Assembly: GCA_965205505.1 (NCBI GenBank)
Contig: CBDBHB010000008.1
Location: 128,001 to 192,000 of the forward strand
DNA from: Acidobacteriota bacterium
GTDB taxonomy: Bacteria; Acidobacteriota; UBA890; WLXD01
Reading direction: 5' to 3'
Length of the DNA: 64,000 nt
Below, piece after piece: positions 1-10,043 of the stretch. Each line of letters starts with the position of its first letter. The stretch's first letter is position 1. The position numbers were made by a program, and so were the translations under genes. The notes below the pieces were generated by a model that saw nothing but the letters and a program-made list of their open reading frames with translations, was not told the DNA's origin and did no database searches.

Positions 1-1300
1 TCGGAATACCGAGCGCTTTGGCCGTTCGCGGCGATAGTGCCACCATCTCGTAGTCGAAGTGCGTGAAGCTATCGCCGGCCGCATCCTCGCCGATCAGATA
101 GAAGGCCTGCTCGACGATCGACTGCAGGTACGATTGCCGAACGTCGATGACCGAGATGGCCCGGTCGGCGCGACCGAATCGCGCCTCCAGCCCCGCGTCC
201 GACGTCGTGCGCCACACTCGGTCGCCGTCGCGCTTAGGGCGGCTTCCGGGCACGATCTCGTAGTTGAAGTCTCGTTCCAGCAGCCCGTACTTCCAGAAGT
301 GGTGGGCGATGTCCTTGGCCACGTACGTGGCCGTGCCGTTGGAGCGCACCAGAACCTTGTCGGCCTCCTCGAGCTGCTCGAAGCCCTCCGTGCCGCTCAG
401 ACGGATCACCCAGCAGCCGGCGTGCTTACCCTCCTCTACGTAGACAACTTGAGGGCTCGACTTGAGGCGCTCGAACGCCTCCGACCATAGATCGAGCTCC
501 AGGATGTCGCCCTCCTTTACCAACAGGTCGTACTCGATCCCCAGTCGCCCCATGGTGAGCAGGTGGCGCGTGACGACGCGCTCCGAGACTACGCGACCCA
601 TCTCGGCCTCGACGCTGTCGCCCTCCTCCAGCGCCAGCAGTACCTCGCGGCGTCTCTCGGCTAGCCCTTCGTCTTCCTGCAGGCGAGCGCTCACCTCCGT
701 ATACAGGTCCCAGCAGAGGTAGTCGAAGGGCTCGGGAAGCTCACGGACCTCATCGGGTGACAAGCCACGCACGTCGAGGAAACCGATCACGACGTCGGCA
801 ACCTGCACGCCCGTATCGTCGATGTAGTTGTGGACCTCGATGGGGTGTCCGACCGCCGCGCAGATCTTCGCCAGCGTGTCGCCCATACACGCGTTCCGGA
901 GGTGTCCGACGTGCGCCGCCTTGTTGGGGTTGACGCTGGTGTGCTCGATCAAGACCTTCTCGCGACGCGCCTCCGGCACATCGCTGCCGAGGCCGTCGAT
1001 GAGTGTTAGGAGGGCAGCCCCACGATCGAAGCGGGCATTGAGAAATCCGGGCCCGGCGATGCTCCATGACAACACACCGGCAACGGCAGTCGCCTCCAGG
1101 CGCTCGACGAGTTGTTGCGCTAGCTCGCGTGGGTTGCGGCCCAGCTTCTTGGACAGCTGCAGAGCGATGGCACACGCCAGGTCGCCTACCTCGGGCCGAG
1201 GCGGATCCTCGACCACCGGCAGCTCGATCTGCTCACCGGTAACATCGGCCACCGCAACACGGATCGCCTCCGCGACGCGTGATCTCAATATCTGCAGCAA
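1..1300 (-). CDS. argS: Arginine--tRNA ligase (3' end outside window)
   Basis: Manual translation from TTG at 1300: GDLACAIALQLSKKLGRNPRELA, then HIGH motif EHTSVNPNKAAHVGHLRN; purine-rich RBS upstream. Confidence 0.93.
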   Translation of the reverse strand, partial: MLQILRSRVAEAIRVAVADVTGEQIELPVVEDPPRPEVGDLACAIALQLSKKLGRNPRELAQQLVERLEATAVAGVLSWSIAGPGFLNARFDRGAALLTLIDGLGSDVPEARREKVLIEHTSVNPNKAAHVGHLRNACMGDTLAKICAAVGHPIEVHNYIDDTGVQVADVVIGFLDVRGLSPDEVRELPEPFDYLCWDLYTEVSARLQEDEGLAERRREVLLALEEGDSVEAEMGRVVSERVVTRHLLTMGRLGIEYDLLVKEGDILELDLWSEAFERLKSSPQVVYVEEGKHAGCWVIRLSGTEGFEQLEEADKVLVRSNGTATYVAKDIAHHFWKYGLLERDFNYEIVPGSRPKRDGDRVWRTTSDAGLEARFGRADRAISVIDVRQSYLQSIVEQAFYLIGEDAAGDSFTHFDYEMVALSPRTAKALGIP

Positions 1301-2141
1301 GCTCTCTCTCTCCCGATGCGCTGAGCGGTGGCTCCTCAGCGCCGTAACCACGGCCGCTACACCACCACCACGGCCGGCTAGTGTCCTGAGTCAGTGATCC
1401 GTTGCGTATTGCTGGGTCGAGATGCGGCAAGCCTGGATCCGACTCGGTTGCGCTTGCCACGATACGCAACGAACCTCTGCTACAGCACACTAAAAGGGTA
1501 GCGTCCCCTGCACCCGGAACGTGCGATTGCTGGGTCGAGATGGGGCAAGCCTGGATCCGATGCACCTCAGAAAACCCCCGGCTCATGATCGCAGCGCGAT
1601 GCTCAGCAGTGGCGTATCCCATGTTGCGAGTCAGCCCGTAACCACGAATGCTCTTGCCATACTGCCGGATAAGATCGTCACGCACACACTTGGCGACTAT
1701 GGATGCGGCGGCGATCGAGCAGCACCGCGCGTCGCCCTTGATGATCGGGGTTTGCGGAATATCGAGGGCGTCAAGCTCCATGGCGTCGATCAGCAGATGA
1801 TCGGGGCGCCTTCGCAGCCCACGTACTGCCCTCACCATGGCGAGCCGCGAAGCGCGCAGGATGTTGATCTGGTCGATCTCGGCCGCCGACGCCAAGCCTA
1901 TCGCCCAGTCAACCGCATGCTCCTGCAGTTGGATGAACAGCTCGAGCCGTTGGGCGGCACTAAGCTGCTTGGAGTCGTTCAGGCCGGCCACCGGGCCTTC
2001 CGGATCCAGTACCACCGCGGCAGCCAGCACAGGGCCGAACAGGGCACCGCGACCTACCTCGTCGATCCCCGCGACGTGTTCCGCCCCGCGTCGCTGTAGG
2101 TCCGCTTCGAACGGCTCCATCGCCACAACCTGTTGCGGCAT
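1233..2141 (-). CDS. rnhB: Ribonuclease HII with aberrant, repeat-derived C-terminus
   Basis: AGIDEVGRG, LNDSKQL, IKGDA..SIAAASIVAK, GYATAEH; homology ends at EVHR (~1558) and the frame then runs through repeat DNA. Confidence 0.9.
   Translation of the reverse strand: MPQQVVAMEPFEADLQRRGAEHVAGIDEVGRGALFGPVLAAAVVLDPEGPVAGLNDSKQLSAAQRLELFIQLQEHAVDWAIGLASAAEIDQINILRASRLAMVRAVRGLRRRPDHLLIDAMELDALDIPQTPIIKGDARCCSIAAASIVAKCVRDDLIRQYGKSIRGYGLTRNMGYATAEHRAAIMSRGFSEVHRIQACPISTQQSHVPGAGDATLLVCCSRGSLRIVASATESDPGLPHLDPAIRNGSLTQDTSRPWWWCSGRGYGAEEPPLSASGERELAADIEITRRGGDPCCGGRCYR
1381..1490. mobile_element. MITE-B, 110 bp, IS630-type, TA-flanked
   Basis: TA at 1379-80 and 1491-92; 29-bp imperfect TIR GTGTCCTGAGTCAGTGATCCGTTGCGTAT / GTGTGCTGTAGCAGAGGTTCGTTGCGTAT (22/29); related copies at 34972, 49781, 53250. 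Confidence 0.8.
1526..1560. repeat. 35-bp direct copy of MITE-B interior (1408-1442)
   Basis: ATTGCTGGGTCGAGATG(C/G)GGCAAGCCTGGATCCGA, 34/35 identical. Confidence 0.9.
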
Positions 2142-2145
2142 GGGC

Positions 2146-2499
2146 TCAGCGGATACGCTTTTCCTTGATCCGAGTCGCCTTGCCACGCAGCTCGCGGAGG
2201 TAGTAGAGCTTGGCACGACGCACCTTGCCCAACCGAACCACCTCGATCTTCTCGACGTTCGGCGAGTGCAGCGGAAAGATGCGCTCGACGCCGATACCCG
2301 AGGAGATCTTGCGCACGGTAAAGGTGGCGTTCGTGCGGCTACCGCGGCGGCCGATCACCACCCCTTCGAATACCTGGATTCGTTGCTTGTTCCCCTCGAT
2401 CACACGCAAGTGCACCTTGACCGTGTCGCCAGCGGCGAACTCCGGCCGATCGTCGCGCATGTAGGGGGCATCGACGGCGTTCAGTAGTTCCATTGTCAT
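2146..2499 (-). CDS. rplS: 50S ribosomal protein L19
   Basis: [38 protein letters not shown]. Confidence 0.97.
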   Translation of the reverse strand: MTMELLNAVDAPYMRDDRPEFAAGDTVKVHLRVIEGNKQRIQVFEGVVIGRRGSRTNATFTVRKISSGIGVERIFPLHSPNVEKIEVVRLGKVRRAKLYYLRELRGKATRIKEKRIR

Positions 2500-2560
2500 C
2501 TGTCACCCGCTCCTGCGCCGGTCGGTCGAATGAAGGCCGCGCTGCCCGGCGCGTCGGGCG

Positions 2561-3349
2561 CTATTGTACCTCAGTAGGCTCTTTCTCGCGGTCGCTCTCG
2601 GCGCCGCGTAGCAGCGCATCGACGAAGCGCCGATCCTCGCCATCGAGCTCTATCCCGTCGAGCAGATCGGGCCGCTTCAACGCCGTGTTGCGGAGAGCCT
2701 CCCGGCGCCTCCAGCGCTCGACAGCGGCGTGATTTCCCGACCCCAGCACCTCGGGCACCCGCCGCCCGGCGTACTCCGCCGGTCGCGTGTAGTGCGGGTG
2801 ATCGAGAAGTCCATCAACGAACGAGTCGTGCCGTGCCGAGTCCGGATCGCCGAGCGCGCTCGGTATCAACCGTACGACGCACTCGATGAGCACCATAGCA
2901 GCCAGTTCCCCGCCGGTGAGCACATAGTCGCCAATCGATAGCTCGAGATCGACGCGATGCTGGCGTACACGCTCGTCGACCCCCTTGTAACGACCGCAGA
3001 CCAGAGTGAGCTGACGAGCCACTGCAAGCTCCTGCGCCAGACCGTGATCGAGCCGCCGTCCCTGTGGGGTGAGCAACGCCACCAGGCCCGGTTCGAGCTT
3101 GCTCGAACGAACGCTGGCGGCGACATGATCGAGGGCGCGGTAGAGCGGCTCCGGTTTGTAGACCATTCCGGCACCGCCACCGAACGGCTCGTCGTCGACC
3201 TGGCGATGCGGTGGGTCAGCGAAGTCGCGCAGGTCGTGGGCTTGGATCGAGAACAGGCCTCGATCGTTGGCCTTGCCGATGATCCCAGCAGCGAGCGGGC
3301 CCGGGAACATTTCCGGGAAAATCGTAATGATGTCGAACCGATGGCTCAT
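2561..3349 (-). CDS. trmD: tRNA (guanine37-N1)-methyltransferase
   Basis: FDIITIFPEMF, VDDEPFGGGAGMV, SIGDYVLTGGE, HYTRP; rimM-trmD-rplS synteny. Confidence 0.96.
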   Translation of the reverse strand: MSHRFDIITIFPEMFPGPLAAGIIGKANDRGLFSIQAHDLRDFADPPHRQVDDEPFGGGAGMVYKPEPLYRALDHVAASVRSSKLEPGLVALLTPQGRRLDHGLAQELAVARQLTLVCGRYKGVDERVRQHRVDLELSIGDYVLTGGELAAMVLIECVVRLIPSALGDPDSARHDSFVDGLLDHPHYTRPAEYAGRRVPEVLGSGNHAAVERWRRREALRNTALKRPDLLDGIELDGEDRRFVDALLRGAESDREKEPTEVQ

Positions 3350-3350
3350 C

Positions 3351-3878
3351 TCAGCCCTGACGCTTCGGGCCATTGGCCTCGAGCAGGCCGTCGGGCAGCC
3401 GCACGACGATATGTCGAGCAGCGGGATCGGTGCTGACGAGCCACTCCCTCACCATCGGAACGAGGACGGTTTCGCCGTCCCACGCCACCTCGAGCATGTC
3501 GTGAGTGCCCTCTATGACGGCCGTCACCCGTCCCGTGCCGCCGCCGACCGCATCCTCGACACGGTACCCAACCAGGTCGTCGACATACCACTCGCCGTCG
3601 GGCAGCTCGGCCAGCCGATCGCGTTTCACCTGCACGTCCGCCCCCCGGAGGCGCTCGGCGCCATCGCGATCGTCGCAGCCATCGAGCGTCACCAGCAAGC
3701 GGCCCTGGTGCGAGCGCACGGATCCGATTCGGTAGGGGTTCGGTCGCCCGACCCAGATCGGGATTGACGGCGAGAGCGAGCCCAACGTGTCGCCGAGAGG
3801 AGCGATCACGAGCTCACCCCGTATGCCGTGGGGCTTGACCACTCGCCCTACCCGAACAAGATCGGGCTCGCCGCCCAT
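3351..3878 (-). CDS. rimM: 16S rRNA processing protein
   Basis: VGRVVKPHGIRGE, WYVDDLVG; synteny. Confidence 0.92.
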   Translation of the reverse strand: MGGEPDLVRVGRVVKPHGIRGELVIAPLGDTLGSLSPSIPIWVGRPNPYRIGSVRSHQGRLLVTLDGCDDRDGAERLRGADVQVKRDRLAELPDGEWYVDDLVGYRVEDAVGGGTGRVTAVIEGTHDMLEVAWDGETVLVPMVREWLVSTDPAARHIVVRLPDGLLEANGPKRQG

Positions 3879-3883
3879 CGTGC

Positions 3884-4120
3884 CTATTCGAGGATCTCGA
3901 GCACTGCCCGCATCTCGTGCTTCATGCCAGCGGCAGCAAGCAGCGTGCGCATGGCACGTGCCGTGCGACCCTGTTTGCCGATTACCTTGCCGAGGTCGCC
4001 CTGCGCCACTCGGAGCTCCAGCACCGTCGTCTGCTCACCCTGGACCTCTGTGACGACTACGTCGTCCGGGTTGTCGACGAGGGCGCGTGCTACCTCTTCG
4101 ATCATCTGCTTGAGATTCAT
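3884..4120 (-). CDS. khpA: KH-domain RNA-binding protein
   Basis: [17 protein letters not shown]; between rpsP and rimM. Confidence 0.92.
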   Translation of the reverse strand: MNLKQMIEEVARALVDNPDDVVVTEVQGEQTTVLELRVAQGDLGKVIGKQGRTARAMRTLLAAAGMKHEMRAVLEILE

Positions 4121-4195
4121 CGATCGCACCTCTTCTTCAGCGTTGTCCGTCAGTTCGTGGTGGTGGCGATCAGGCCGCTGCGCCGGCTTTGGTAC

Positions 4196-4666
4196 TCAGC
4201 CCTCGTTCGGCTCTCCCTCATCCTCCTCATCCGCCGAGGCGTCGCCCTCTACCTCGCCTTCCGCCGCGTCCGCTGCCGGCTCGGCATCAGCTTCATCGGC
4301 CGCCTCCAGAGCAGCGGTGTCGCCCTCGGGGTCGGCGCTCACGTCAGCTGTCTCTACTTCTGCCGCCGCTTCGAGCTCCGCGTCGCTCGGAGCCGCGGGC
4401 GGGGGCGCCTCAGGCACCTCCTCCATGGGACCTCTTTTGGCGCGCCGGTAGAGACTGCGCACGGTGTCGCTCATGCGGGCACCTTGGCCAAGCCAAGTTT
4501 CAGTCCGTTCCATGTTGAAGAAGACTTCGGCCGGCCGCTGGCGCGGATGATAATGCCCCAGGATCTCCAAGAACGCGCCATCACGGCCCGCCGCTCGGTC
4601 GGCAACAACGACCCGATAGTGCGGATCCTTCTTGGCGCCCGTACGGCGCAAGCGAATCATCAGCAC
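4196..4666 (-). CDS. rpsP: 30S ribosomal protein S16 with acidic C-terminal tail
   Basis: IRLRRTGAKKDPHYRVVVAD..RDG, GARMSDTV. Confidence 0.96.
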   Translation of the reverse strand: MLMIRLRRTGAKKDPHYRVVVADRAAGRDGAFLEILGHYHPRQRPAEVFFNMERTETWLGQGARMSDTVRSLYRRAKRGPMEEVPEAPPPAAPSDAELEAAAEVETADVSADPEGDTAALEAADEADAEPAADAAEGEVEGDASADEEDEGEPNEG

Positions 4667-4715
4667 GATGTTCCTCCTCTCACAGGTTGTAGCCCGAGCC
4701 TACGCGATCTTCGGA

Positions 4716-6047
4716 TCACAGGCCCGGCAGGTTCGCCCAACGCATCCCGCCTCGACCCTTCTTGCCGAGCTTCTTCATCATCTTCTTCGTCTGGGCGAAT
4801 CGTTTGAGCAATCGATTGACGTCTGGTACGCCCCTACCGCTGCCTGCCGCTATCCTCAGCTTGCGGCTGCGGCTGATGATCTGCGGTCGCCTCCGCTCTT
4901 GCACGGTCATCGAATCGATGATCGCTTGGATCTTGCGCAGCTCGTCCTCGTCGGGTGCCATCTGCTTCAGGCCCGGTGTCGAGCTCGCCCCTGGAAGCAT
5001 CTCGAGCAGCTGCGACAACGGCCCCATCTTACGAATCTGAGAAAGTTGCTGCTGGAAGTCCTCGAGGTTGAGGTCGCCACGCCGGGCACGCTTCTCCATA
5101 TTCGCAGCCGCTTCGACGTCGACATTCTGCTGTACCTTCTCGATGAGCGTCAGCACGTCCCCCATACCGAGGATGCGCGAGGCTATGCGATCCGGGTGGA
5201 AGATCTCGAAGTCCTCGATCCCCTCGCCCATCCCGGCGAAAAAGATCGGCAACCCCGTGACCGCCACCACCGATAGAGAAACGCCTCCTCGCGCGTCGCC
5301 ATCGAGCTTGGTCAACACGTGGCCGTCGAGCTCCAGCGCCTTACCGAACGCCGTCGCAGCCTGGACGGCATCCTGGCCAGCCATCGCATCGGCGACATAG
5401 AGCACGCTCTCCGGGCTCACCGTGCGCGCAATGTCCTTGGCCTCCGACATCATCTCGGCATCGATGTGAAGGCGGCCGGCGGTATCCACCAGCAGAACGT
5501 CGTCGCCGCGGCGGCGCGCCGCCGCGAGCGCCGCTCCCGCCAGGTCGACTGCCGTCGATTCGTCCCCGTCGTAGACGTGCAAGCTGGCGCTCTCGCCAAG
5601 AATGCGCAGCTGGTCGCGCGCCGCTGGCCGATGCACATCGACGCTTACCAAGTGTGGCGATCGGCCTCTCGAGCGCAGCCAGTTCCCCAGCTTGGCGACC
5701 GTAGTCGTCTTACCCGTACCTTGCAGGCCAACAACCATGAGCACATGCGGCGTCGGGCCGTGCAATCGCAGCTGCTGCGGCGCCCCTCCGAGCAGCTCGA
5801 TGAGCTCCTCATGGACGATCTTTATCACCTGTTGGCCTGGCGACAGCGAGCCCGTCACCTCCTCGCCCAGCGCCTTGTCCTTGACGCGCGCCAGGAACTG
5901 GTTGACAACGCCGAAGTGGACGTCGGCCTCGAGCAGCGCCAGTCGGAGATCACGCGCTACCTCTGCGAAGCTCTCCTCATCGATCTTGACGGTGCCGCGG
6001 AGCTTGCGCAGTGTCCCCTGCAGGCGTTCAGTGAGCTGCTCGAACAT
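4716..6047 (-). CDS. ffh: Signal recognition particle protein
   Basis: GLQGTGKTTT, DTAGR, TKLDGDARGG, Met-rich M domain. Confidence 0.97.
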   Translation of the reverse strand: MFEQLTERLQGTLRKLRGTVKIDEESFAEVARDLRLALLEADVHFGVVNQFLARVKDKALGEEVTGSLSPGQQVIKIVHEELIELLGGAPQQLRLHGPTPHVLMVVGLQGTGKTTTVAKLGNWLRSRGRSPHLVSVDVHRPAARDQLRILGESASLHVYDGDESTAVDLAGAALAAARRRGDDVLLVDTAGRLHIDAEMMSEAKDIARTVSPESVLYVADAMAGQDAVQAATAFGKALELDGHVLTKLDGDARGGVSLSVVAVTGLPIFFAGMGEGIEDFEIFHPDRIASRILGMGDVLTLIEKVQQNVDVEAAANMEKRARRGDLNLEDFQQQLSQIRKMGPLSQLLEMLPGASSTPGLKQMAPDEDELRKIQAIIDSMTVQERRRPQIISRSRKLRIAAGSGRGVPDVNRLLKRFAQTKKMMKKLGKKGRGGMRWANLPGL

Positions 6048-6068
6048 GCGTCTGTGGGTCTCCGAGTC

Positions 6069-7274
6069 TCAGACAGACTCGAGCCGGTGGCCGAGCTTGT
6101 CTTTCTTGGTCTTGAGATAACGGCGCGTCAGCTCAGAGCGCGGAGGGATCTCGATGGGTACCCGTTCAACGACTTCCAGGCCGTACCCCGACAGCCCCAC
6201 GAACTTTCGTGGGTTGTTGGTCATCACACGCAGCTTCGAAGCGCCTAGATCGGTCAGCATCTGAGCGCCAATGCCGTATTCGCGCTGATCCGGTTTGAAG
6301 CCAAGTGCTTCATTGGCCTCAACCGTATCGGCGCCTTCGTCCTGGAGCTCATAGGCCCGGAGCTTGTTGTGTAGCCCGATCCCGCGGCCTTCCTGGCGCA
6401 GGTAGATGACAATGCCCCGGCCCTCCTGAGCGATGAGTCGCATGGCGAAATCCAGTTGCTCACCGCAGTCGCACCGCACGGACCCGAACACATCTCCGGT
6501 CAGGCACTCGGAATGCACCCGGACCAGAACCGGCTCGGGAGTGCCTACGTCACCCATCACCAACGCCACGTGCTCCTTGCCATCAAGCTCGTTCTCGTAG
6601 GCGTAAATGCGAAAGTCGCCGTGCCGGGTGGGCAACTCCGGAGCCGCCACCCTCTTCACGAATCGCTCGGTCTGCAACCGATACTGAATAAGGTCAGCGA
6701 TGGCCACTACCTTGATGCCGTGTAACTCGGCGAAACGCTCGAGGTCGGGGACACGCGCCATGGTGCCGTCCTCGTTCATCACTTCGCAGATGACACCCGC
6801 CGGGTAGAGCCCAGCGATTCGCGCCAAGTCGACGGCGGCCTCGGTCTGGCCGGCGCGCTGCAGCACGCCGCCGTCCACGGCGCGCAGCGGAAACATATGA
6901 CCCGGGCGCGCCAAGTCATCCGACGTCGTGTCCGGCTGAATCGCAGTAAGCACGGTGGCGCTACGATCAGCGGCGGATATCCCCGTCGACACTCCGCGCC
7001 TCGCCTCGATCGACACGCAGAATGCCGTGTTAAAGCGCGAGGAGTTCTCCGACACCATGAGCGGGATCTCGAGCTCCGCGAGGCGCTGACGAGTCATAGG
7101 AAGGCAGATCAGCCCGCGACCATGCTTGGCCATGAAGTTGATCGCCTCCGGCGTGACCTTCTGAGCGGCGATGGTCAGATCGCCCTCATTCTCCCGATCC
7201 TCATCGTCGACGACGACCACCATGCGACCGGCACGGATGTCGGCGATCGCCTCTTCTATCTTCGCAAAGGGCAT
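6069..7274 (-). CDS. ribBA: Bifunctional DHBP synthase / GTP cyclohydrolase II
   Basis: [43 protein letters not shown]. Confidence 0.97.
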   Translation of the reverse strand: MPFAKIEEAIADIRAGRMVVVVDDEDRENEGDLTIAAQKVTPEAINFMAKHGRGLICLPMTRQRLAELEIPLMVSENSSRFNTAFCVSIEARRGVSTGISAADRSATVLTAIQPDTTSDDLARPGHMFPLRAVDGGVLQRAGQTEAAVDLARIAGLYPAGVICEVMNEDGTMARVPDLERFAELHGIKVVAIADLIQYRLQTERFVKRVAAPELPTRHGDFRIYAYENELDGKEHVALVMGDVGTPEPVLVRVHSECLTGDVFGSVRCDCGEQLDFAMRLIAQEGRGIVIYLRQEGRGIGLHNKLRAYELQDEGADTVEANEALGFKPDQREYGIGAQMLTDLGASKLRVMTNNPRKFVGLSGYGLEVVERVPIEIPPRSELTRRYLKTKKDKLGHRLESV

Positions 7275-7289
7275 GGTGGAGTCTTCCCG

Positions 7290-7928
7290 TCAGCCGGCAC
7301 CGGGGCCTTCAGGGCCCTCGGCAGTAAGGCCGACTTCGTGTTCATGGTTAAGCAGTTGGGCAACGTATTTTCCCAGGATGTCGACTTCGAGGTTGAGCGT
7401 CTCGCAGCGGTCCTCGGCGGTGAGGTTGGTCTGCTCGAGCGTATGCGGTACCAGTTGTACATCGAACGAGCGATCTTCGATGCTGGCAACGGTCAACGAT
7501 ACCCCGTTTACCGACACCGAGCCTTTCGGCACGAGGTAGGCGCGCAGCCCGACGGGGATTTCGAACGTAACGCGCAGAAAGTCCTCCTCCTCGAGCGTCC
7601 GCACGACGCGGGTCACACCATCGACGTGGCCCTGGACAAAGTGTCCGCCGAGACGCTGCCCCACGCACAACGGGCGTTCGAGATTCACGGCAGTTCCGAT
7701 CCGGTAGAGTGCTACGTTGCTGCGGGCGATCGTTTCGGGCGAGACATCCGCCGAGAAAGCGTCGCCATCGATATCGAGCGCCGTCAGGCACACGCCGTCG
7801 ACCGCGATGCTGTCTCCCTGCTCGAGCTCGGCGAGCACGCCCTTCGCCGCGATGCGAAGGCGCGAGCTTCGTGCGAGCGCGTCGACGCCAACCACGGCGC
7901 CGACCTCCTCGACCAGACCGGTGAACAT
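7290..7928 (-). CDS. ribE: Riboflavin synthase
   Basis: N-terminal MFTGLVEEVG, GDSIAVDGVCLT, GGHFVQGHVD. Confidence 0.95.
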   Translation of the reverse strand: MFTGLVEEVGAVVGVDALARSSRLRIAAKGVLAELEQGDSIAVDGVCLTALDIDGDAFSADVSPETIARSNVALYRIGTAVNLERPLCVGQRLGGHFVQGHVDGVTRVVRTLEEEDFLRVTFEIPVGLRAYLVPKGSVSVNGVSLTVASIEDRSFDVQLVPHTLEQTNLTAEDRCETLNLEVDILGKYVAQLLNHEHEVGLTAEGPEGPGAG

Positions 7929-7997
7929 GACGATGAGGCTCCAAGCGCCGTGCAAGTCGCTGGCGCCGACGAAACGAAGGATGAGATCCACGGCCTG

Positions 7998-9134
7998 CTA
8001 AGCAGGCGGTTCGGGGGGCTGGAGATACCCTTCTACGGCCCAATCGGGACCGAGCCGGTGCAGGCGAACTCGCTGCACCCGAGGCGCTGAGGCGAGCTCC
8101 GCGATGCCGTCGCCGCCCCAGAGCGGGAGCGCCTCTTGCCCGCCGATCAACAGCGGAGCGTAAAACAGCATCACCTTGTCGATTATACCAAGCTCGAAAG
8201 CGTTGGTTAGCAGGGCGCTACCGCCCTCCATCAACACCGACGCCACATCGAGCTCACCGAGTCGAGCCAGCATGTCATCGAGATCGACACGGCCGCTGGA
8301 TGTCGCCTGGGCGCCGACGACCTGAGCCCCGCTGGCCACCAGACGTCGGCGCAACTTGGCATCGCCCGCCGAGGTGGTAACCACCAGCGGCACGCCGGCT
8401 TTCTCCTGCAGGAGCCGTGCGTCGGGCGGCGTATCGAGCCGTCCATCTACGACGACACGATAGCGAGGCTGATGGGCGCCCGGCGCACGCGCGGTGAGTC
8501 GCGGATCGTCCGCGAGCAATGTCCCGATTCCGACGACGACGGCGTCAACAGTGCCGCGCACCTGGTGAGCGAAGTTCCGTGCCTCCTCGCCGGTGATCCA
8601 CTGGGAGCCTCTGCTGCTGGTGGCCATACGGCCGTCAAGCGACAAGGCCGCCTTGGCAATGACCAGAGGTCTACCGGTGCGCTTGAGCTTCAGGTAGCCG
8701 GCGTTGAGCTCGGCAGCCTCGGTCGCCAACGGCCCAATCAAGACCTCCACTCCAGCGCCCCGCAGCGCCTCGAAGCCGCGGCCGTCGACACGCTCGTCGG
8801 GATCGCCGTGCGATGCCACGACAGCGCGCACGCCGGCCGCAATGATCGCTTCTACGCACGGTGGGGTGCGCCCCTGGTGGCAGCAAGGTTCTACATTGGT
8901 GTACAGCGTCGCGCCGCGCGCCGCATTGCCGGCCTGTGCCAGGGCCACCTGCTCGGCGTGCGGATCGCCACTGCGCCGGTGATACCCGCGGCCGATGACC
9001 TCACCGTTGGTGACCAGCACGGCGCCTACGAGTGGATTCGAGCCAGTGTCGCCACGCGCTTTGACCGCCAGATCGAGACACTCCTGAATATGGATCAGGT
9101 GCATTTCGTCGTGGCTAGCCGGTCGATTGCTCAT
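7998..9134 (-). CDS. ribD: Riboflavin biosynthesis deaminase/reductase
   Basis: NPLVGAV, HAE, EPCCHQGRTPPC, SLDGR, SQWIT, MEGG. Confidence 0.96.
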   Translation of the reverse strand: MSNRPASHDEMHLIHIQECLDLAVKARGDTGSNPLVGAVLVTNGEVIGRGYHRRSGDPHAEQVALAQAGNAARGATLYTNVEPCCHQGRTPPCVEAIIAAGVRAVVASHGDPDERVDGRGFEALRGAGVEVLIGPLATEAAELNAGYLKLKRTGRPLVIAKAALSLDGRMATSSRGSQWITGEEARNFAHQVRGTVDAVVVGIGTLLADDPRLTARAPGAHQPRYRVVVDGRLDTPPDARLLQEKAGVPLVVTTSAGDAKLRRRLVASGAQVVGAQATSSGRVDLDDMLARLGELDVASVLMEGGSALLTNAFELGIIDKVMLFYAPLLIGGQEALPLWGGDGIAELASAPRVQRVRLHRLGPDWAVEGYLQPPEPPA

Positions 9135-10030
9135 CCGTCGGTCTCTCCGATCAGCGCTTCAACATAACCGGCGGCGTCGAAACTCGCGAGATCCTCGGCC
9201 CCTTCGCCCGTTCCTACAAACCGTATCGGTAGTGCCAGCCGGCGCGCGATGGTCAGGGCCACCCCTCCCTTGGCGGTGCCGTCGAGCTTGGCGAGCACGA
9301 GGCCGGTGACGTCGGCGTAACGGAGAAACTGCTCGGCTTGTCGGAGACCGTTCTGACCCGTCGTGCCATCGAGCACCAGGAAGGTCTCGTGTGGCGCATC
9401 CTCCACAACCCGTGCCGCAACGCGTCGGATCTTGTCGAGCTCGGACATCAAGTTGTCGTGCGTCTGCAGTCGGCCGGCGGTGTCGATGATGCCGACATCG
9501 GCCTTCCGTGCCACCACCGCCTCGCAGGTGTCGAACGCCACCGCTGCCGGATCGCCACCGTGCGGGTGAGCAATGACCCTCACGTCGAGCCGGCAACCCC
9601 AAGTCTGCAGCTGCTCGACTGCCGCAGCCCGGAACGTGTCTGCGGCGCCCAGGATAGGCGTTTGCCCTCGAGCTTGATACCAGCACGCCAGCTTGGCAGC
9701 GGTAGTCGTCTTGCCCGACCCGTTGACCCCGACCAGAAGGACGATCAGCGGCCACGGCTGCCGTTCCGGTGGATCGCTCTCGGCGGCCGCGAGCAACTCG
9801 ACCATTGCCTCCACGAGCACCGCCCGGGCGGCGCCCGGATCAGTGCCAGCGCCGCGAACTACCTGTAGCAGTTCATCGACGGTGTCGGCTGCAACGTCGG
9901 CACCGATGAGCGCTTCTTCCAGGGCCTCGAGGTCACGCTCCGCGAGCAGCCCGCCGGGGAGCAGCCGTCCCAGTGCCGACGCCAACCGGACGCGGCTATT
10001 GCTCAGCGAGCGAATCAGGAAGTTGGCCAC
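9131..10030 (-). CDS. ftsY: SRP receptor (NG domain only)
   Basis: GVNGSGKTTT, DTFRAAA, DTAGR, KLDGTAKGG. Confidence 0.96.
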   Translation of the reverse strand: MANFLIRSLSNSRVRLASALGRLLPGGLLAERDLEALEEALIGADVAADTVDELLQVVRGAGTDPGAARAVLVEAMVELLAAAESDPPERQPWPLIVLLVGVNGSGKTTTAAKLACWYQARGQTPILGAADTFRAAAVEQLQTWGCRLDVRVIAHPHGGDPAAVAFDTCEAVVARKADVGIIDTAGRLQTHDNLMSELDKIRRVAARVVEDAPHETFLVLDGTTGQNGLRQAEQFLRYADVTGLVLAKLDGTAKGGVALTIARRLALPIRFVGTGEGAEDLASFDAAGYVEALIGETDG

Positions 10031-10043
10031 CGTCCACGGCCTG

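Noticed and set aside
1408-1560. Two 35-bp direct repeats as a mini-CRISPR
   Set aside because: Only two copies, an 83-bp gap, part of the MITE-B interior, and no cas genes in the window.
2978-2995. TrmD GRYKG in place of GRYEG as an inactivating change
   Set aside because: To my knowledge a Lys at this position occurs naturally in some lineages; the other motifs are intact.
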